From Mobula hypostoma (taxonomy: Eukaryota), in contig NC_086097.1 of NCBI RefSeq assembly GCF_963921235.1, positions 142,478,001 through 142,542,000 of the forward strand: 64,000 nucleotides of DNA. The letters are read 5' to 3'. Under the pieces are notes generated by a model. The model was not told the origin of the DNA, searched no databases, and worked only from the letters and a program-made list of their open reading frames with translations. Below are positions 61,765 to 64,000 of this stretch, piece by piece (the first letter of the stretch is position 1; each line of letters begins with the position of its first letter). The position numbers and the translations under genes were made by a program.

Positions 61765-62324
61765 ATTTTGTGTTTCCAATGAGTGCTCTTGTTTCCTATC
61801 GCATATCAAAGATAGATTAATTGGCTGCTGTATATTACCCCTTGGTGTAGGTAGTTGCGAGAAAGGATGACAGAGAAATAAGAAGAGAGTATTGGGACTG
61901 ATGGGATTTCTCTGCTGGATGCAGCATGAGCCTGAGTGGCCAAGTGGTTTCCTTGTGTCAAGTAAGAACTCATTGACAGATGTGTGTCACGTATGTTATC
62001 AACATCTTCTCTAACATCTGGCTGAATTTCATTATTACCTTTATGCTTTTAGACTGATTATTCAACACCCATTTCAAATGGTTAAGAATGGAAATGACCA
62101 AAGTTCTCGTCAAAAACTCTGTAACCTCAGCAATTCACTGCCATTCCTGTCCCTTTTATTATCAGGTTGAATTGGGCAGCATGAGCTTAAATTTCTCTTT
62201 GACTGCAAAGTAAGCTTCATTATAAAGAAATATAATGGCCCTATTCTTCATTATTTAGGCTTCTTGCTTCCATCTGTGCTCTTGACACCAGAATATTGCC
62301 CTCCTCCTTTCTCAATCCCATAAT

Positions 62325-62447
62325 TTCTCCCCCTTCTTTTCCAGCCCTGATGAAGGGGCTCGGCCTGAAACGTTGAGTGTTTCTTCCTCTCTGTTAATGC
62401 TGCCTGACCGGCTGAGTTCCATCAGCATTTTGTGTGTATTACTGTGG
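62325..62447 (+). mobile_element. Penelope-derived terminal repeat with a hammerhead motif
   Basis: CAGCC-CTGATGA-AGGGGCTCGGCCT-GAAAC-GTT-GAGTG at 62342-62379, then ATGCTGCCTGACCGGCTGAGTTCC. Confidence 0.7.
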
Positions 62448-63135
62448 ATCTTCTCAAGCTAAAATGAAAAGAAAATATATTTATATTTAATATAATCACT
62501 AACCATCCTTTTAGTAATATTTTCCAGCACCCCATGCATCCTTCTGGGCCAGAGTTTAGCTTAAAAGATTTAGGTAATCTTTGCATTCTGCTTCAGTACA
62601 ATTCGTTGCTCTACTTTTGCAATGAACCCTGCTTCATTTAGGACAGCAGAAGCCAATACAGATGTATCTGAAACTGTCAGCATGATGAAGCTGCAACACA
62701 GCACCACATGGATATTAAGCAGTAAAAACAAAATGCAGTAGACAGGGGTAAGAGACTAATGGATAAGATCAAAGCTCTGATGCCCTACCATATCTATTCC
62801 TGAATGTTGTGGAGAATTGTACAGCTGATGAGAGGAGGAGACTCCAAGAATATCCCACCTTCTCACACCTTAAGGCTTTGCTGCCATCCATAAAATGCAA
62901 GTCAGAAGAATGATGGAGTGTCTCTGAACTGCCTGATAGAGTAAAGCTTGAAAAGCATCAAGAAACCCGACACTGTTGAGAACAAATTAGTCTACTTGAT
63001 TGACACCCCATTCATTCATTCCCTCCCCCACTGGTGCACAGTGGCCTACCCAATGCTTCACAGGTCTTCACAACAGCTCTTACATAAATTCTATCTCCAA
63101 GAAAGTACAAAGGGTGCATCACAGGGGAACACTAC

Positions 63136-63400
63136 CATAGAGTCATTGAAAAGTACAGCACAGAAACAGGCCCTTTGGCCCATCTTTGTGCCAAACCATT
63201 TAAACTGCTTATTCCCACTGACCTGCACCAGGACCGTAGCTCTCCATACCCCTATCATCCATGTACCTATCCAAACTTCTCTTACGTGTTGAAATCAAGC
63301 TCACATGCACCCCTTGTGTTGGCAGCTCTTTCCACACTCTCACGACCCTCTGAATGAAGACATTTCCCCTCATGTTCACCTTAAACTTTTCACCTATCAC
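63136..63400 (-). mobile_element. CR1-type LINE 3' fragment
   Basis: GEKFKVNMRGNVFIQRVVRVWKELP. Confidence 0.65.
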
Positions 63401-64000
63401 CACTCACAGGCCTCCCTCCAAGTTGTACACTACACTGACTTGGAAATCTATCACTCTTCCTCCTTTGTTGCTGAATTGAAACTATCCCATTAATGACACT
63501 GGACTACAGCAGTTCAAGAAAGTGACTCATCACCAGCTTCTCAAGGATAACTAGTGATGAGCAATAACCACAATGATCCCAAAATTGGAATTTAAAAAAG
63601 CATACGTTTCCTTCCTTAAAAAGATTCCATAAACCTTCGTCTTTGTTCTGAAGCATCCTGGGTTCTACTCAAAGGATTTGTAAAGATGCATAGGGTTGCA
63701 TTGTCACTAAATTTAAAGAAACACAATTGATAGGTAAATTTATCTTGTGCAGCAGTGAAATAGGAGACTTTTACACTGTCTATTTTTGTACTTTAGTTCT
63801 TTTGAAAGGGAAATCAGGTGGATGTAAACTGAGCTACCAAATAGCTATTTCTCATATTATGCTGCAACCAACGTGTTACCCAGGTTCAATTTAATTGCAG
63901 TTTGGCACTGAGGCCTGTAAGTGTTCACTAGGAAATGCGGGGAAAGACAAAAGTCCTTCAAGCATCCGTCATTTCACCAATGAGAATGTGGGTGACTATG

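Noticed and set aside
60269..62379. Two sense hammerheads dimerising to cleave the dehydratase pre-mRNA
   Set aside because: The 60269 copy lacks the 5' strand of stem I and the ACGT palindrome, and the 62342 copy has a mismatched stem I; activity is unlikely.
57004..64000. Further dehydratase exons (GSTP, PGNY and HAC motifs)
   Set aside because: None recognised before the window ends; they presumably lie downstream.

Overview
Eukaryotic genomic DNA, most likely from a cartilaginous fish and probably a batoid ray. This is inferred from the repeat complement: CR1/HER1-type LINEs, V-domain HE1-type SINEs, Rex-Babar LINEs and Penelope-derived repeats. Two genes diverge from a CpG-rich promoter at about 25.8-26.2 kb. 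KLHL18 (minus strand) is complete, with 10 coding exons at 26066->5415 encoding 570 aa and all introns GT-AG. A PLP-dependent D-serine dehydratase (yeast Dsd1/chicken DSD family, plus strand) has three coding exons at 34151-34299, 40030-40310 and 56823-57003; the rest lies beyond the window. Introns and the intergenic DNA are dense with TE relics, including two full-length-sized hAT transposons, a Tc1 fragment with a local inversion, nested LINEs and a 7x56-bp minisatellite. The most notable unannotated signal is a family of at least 12 Penelope-derived repeats. Each carries a minimal type-I hammerhead ribozyme motif (CAGTC-CTGANGA-AGGGTCTCGGCCC-GAAAC-GTC-GACTG), and several form short fold-back insertions flanked by 12-14-bp target-site duplications. 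All family assignments come from motif recognition, not database searches.
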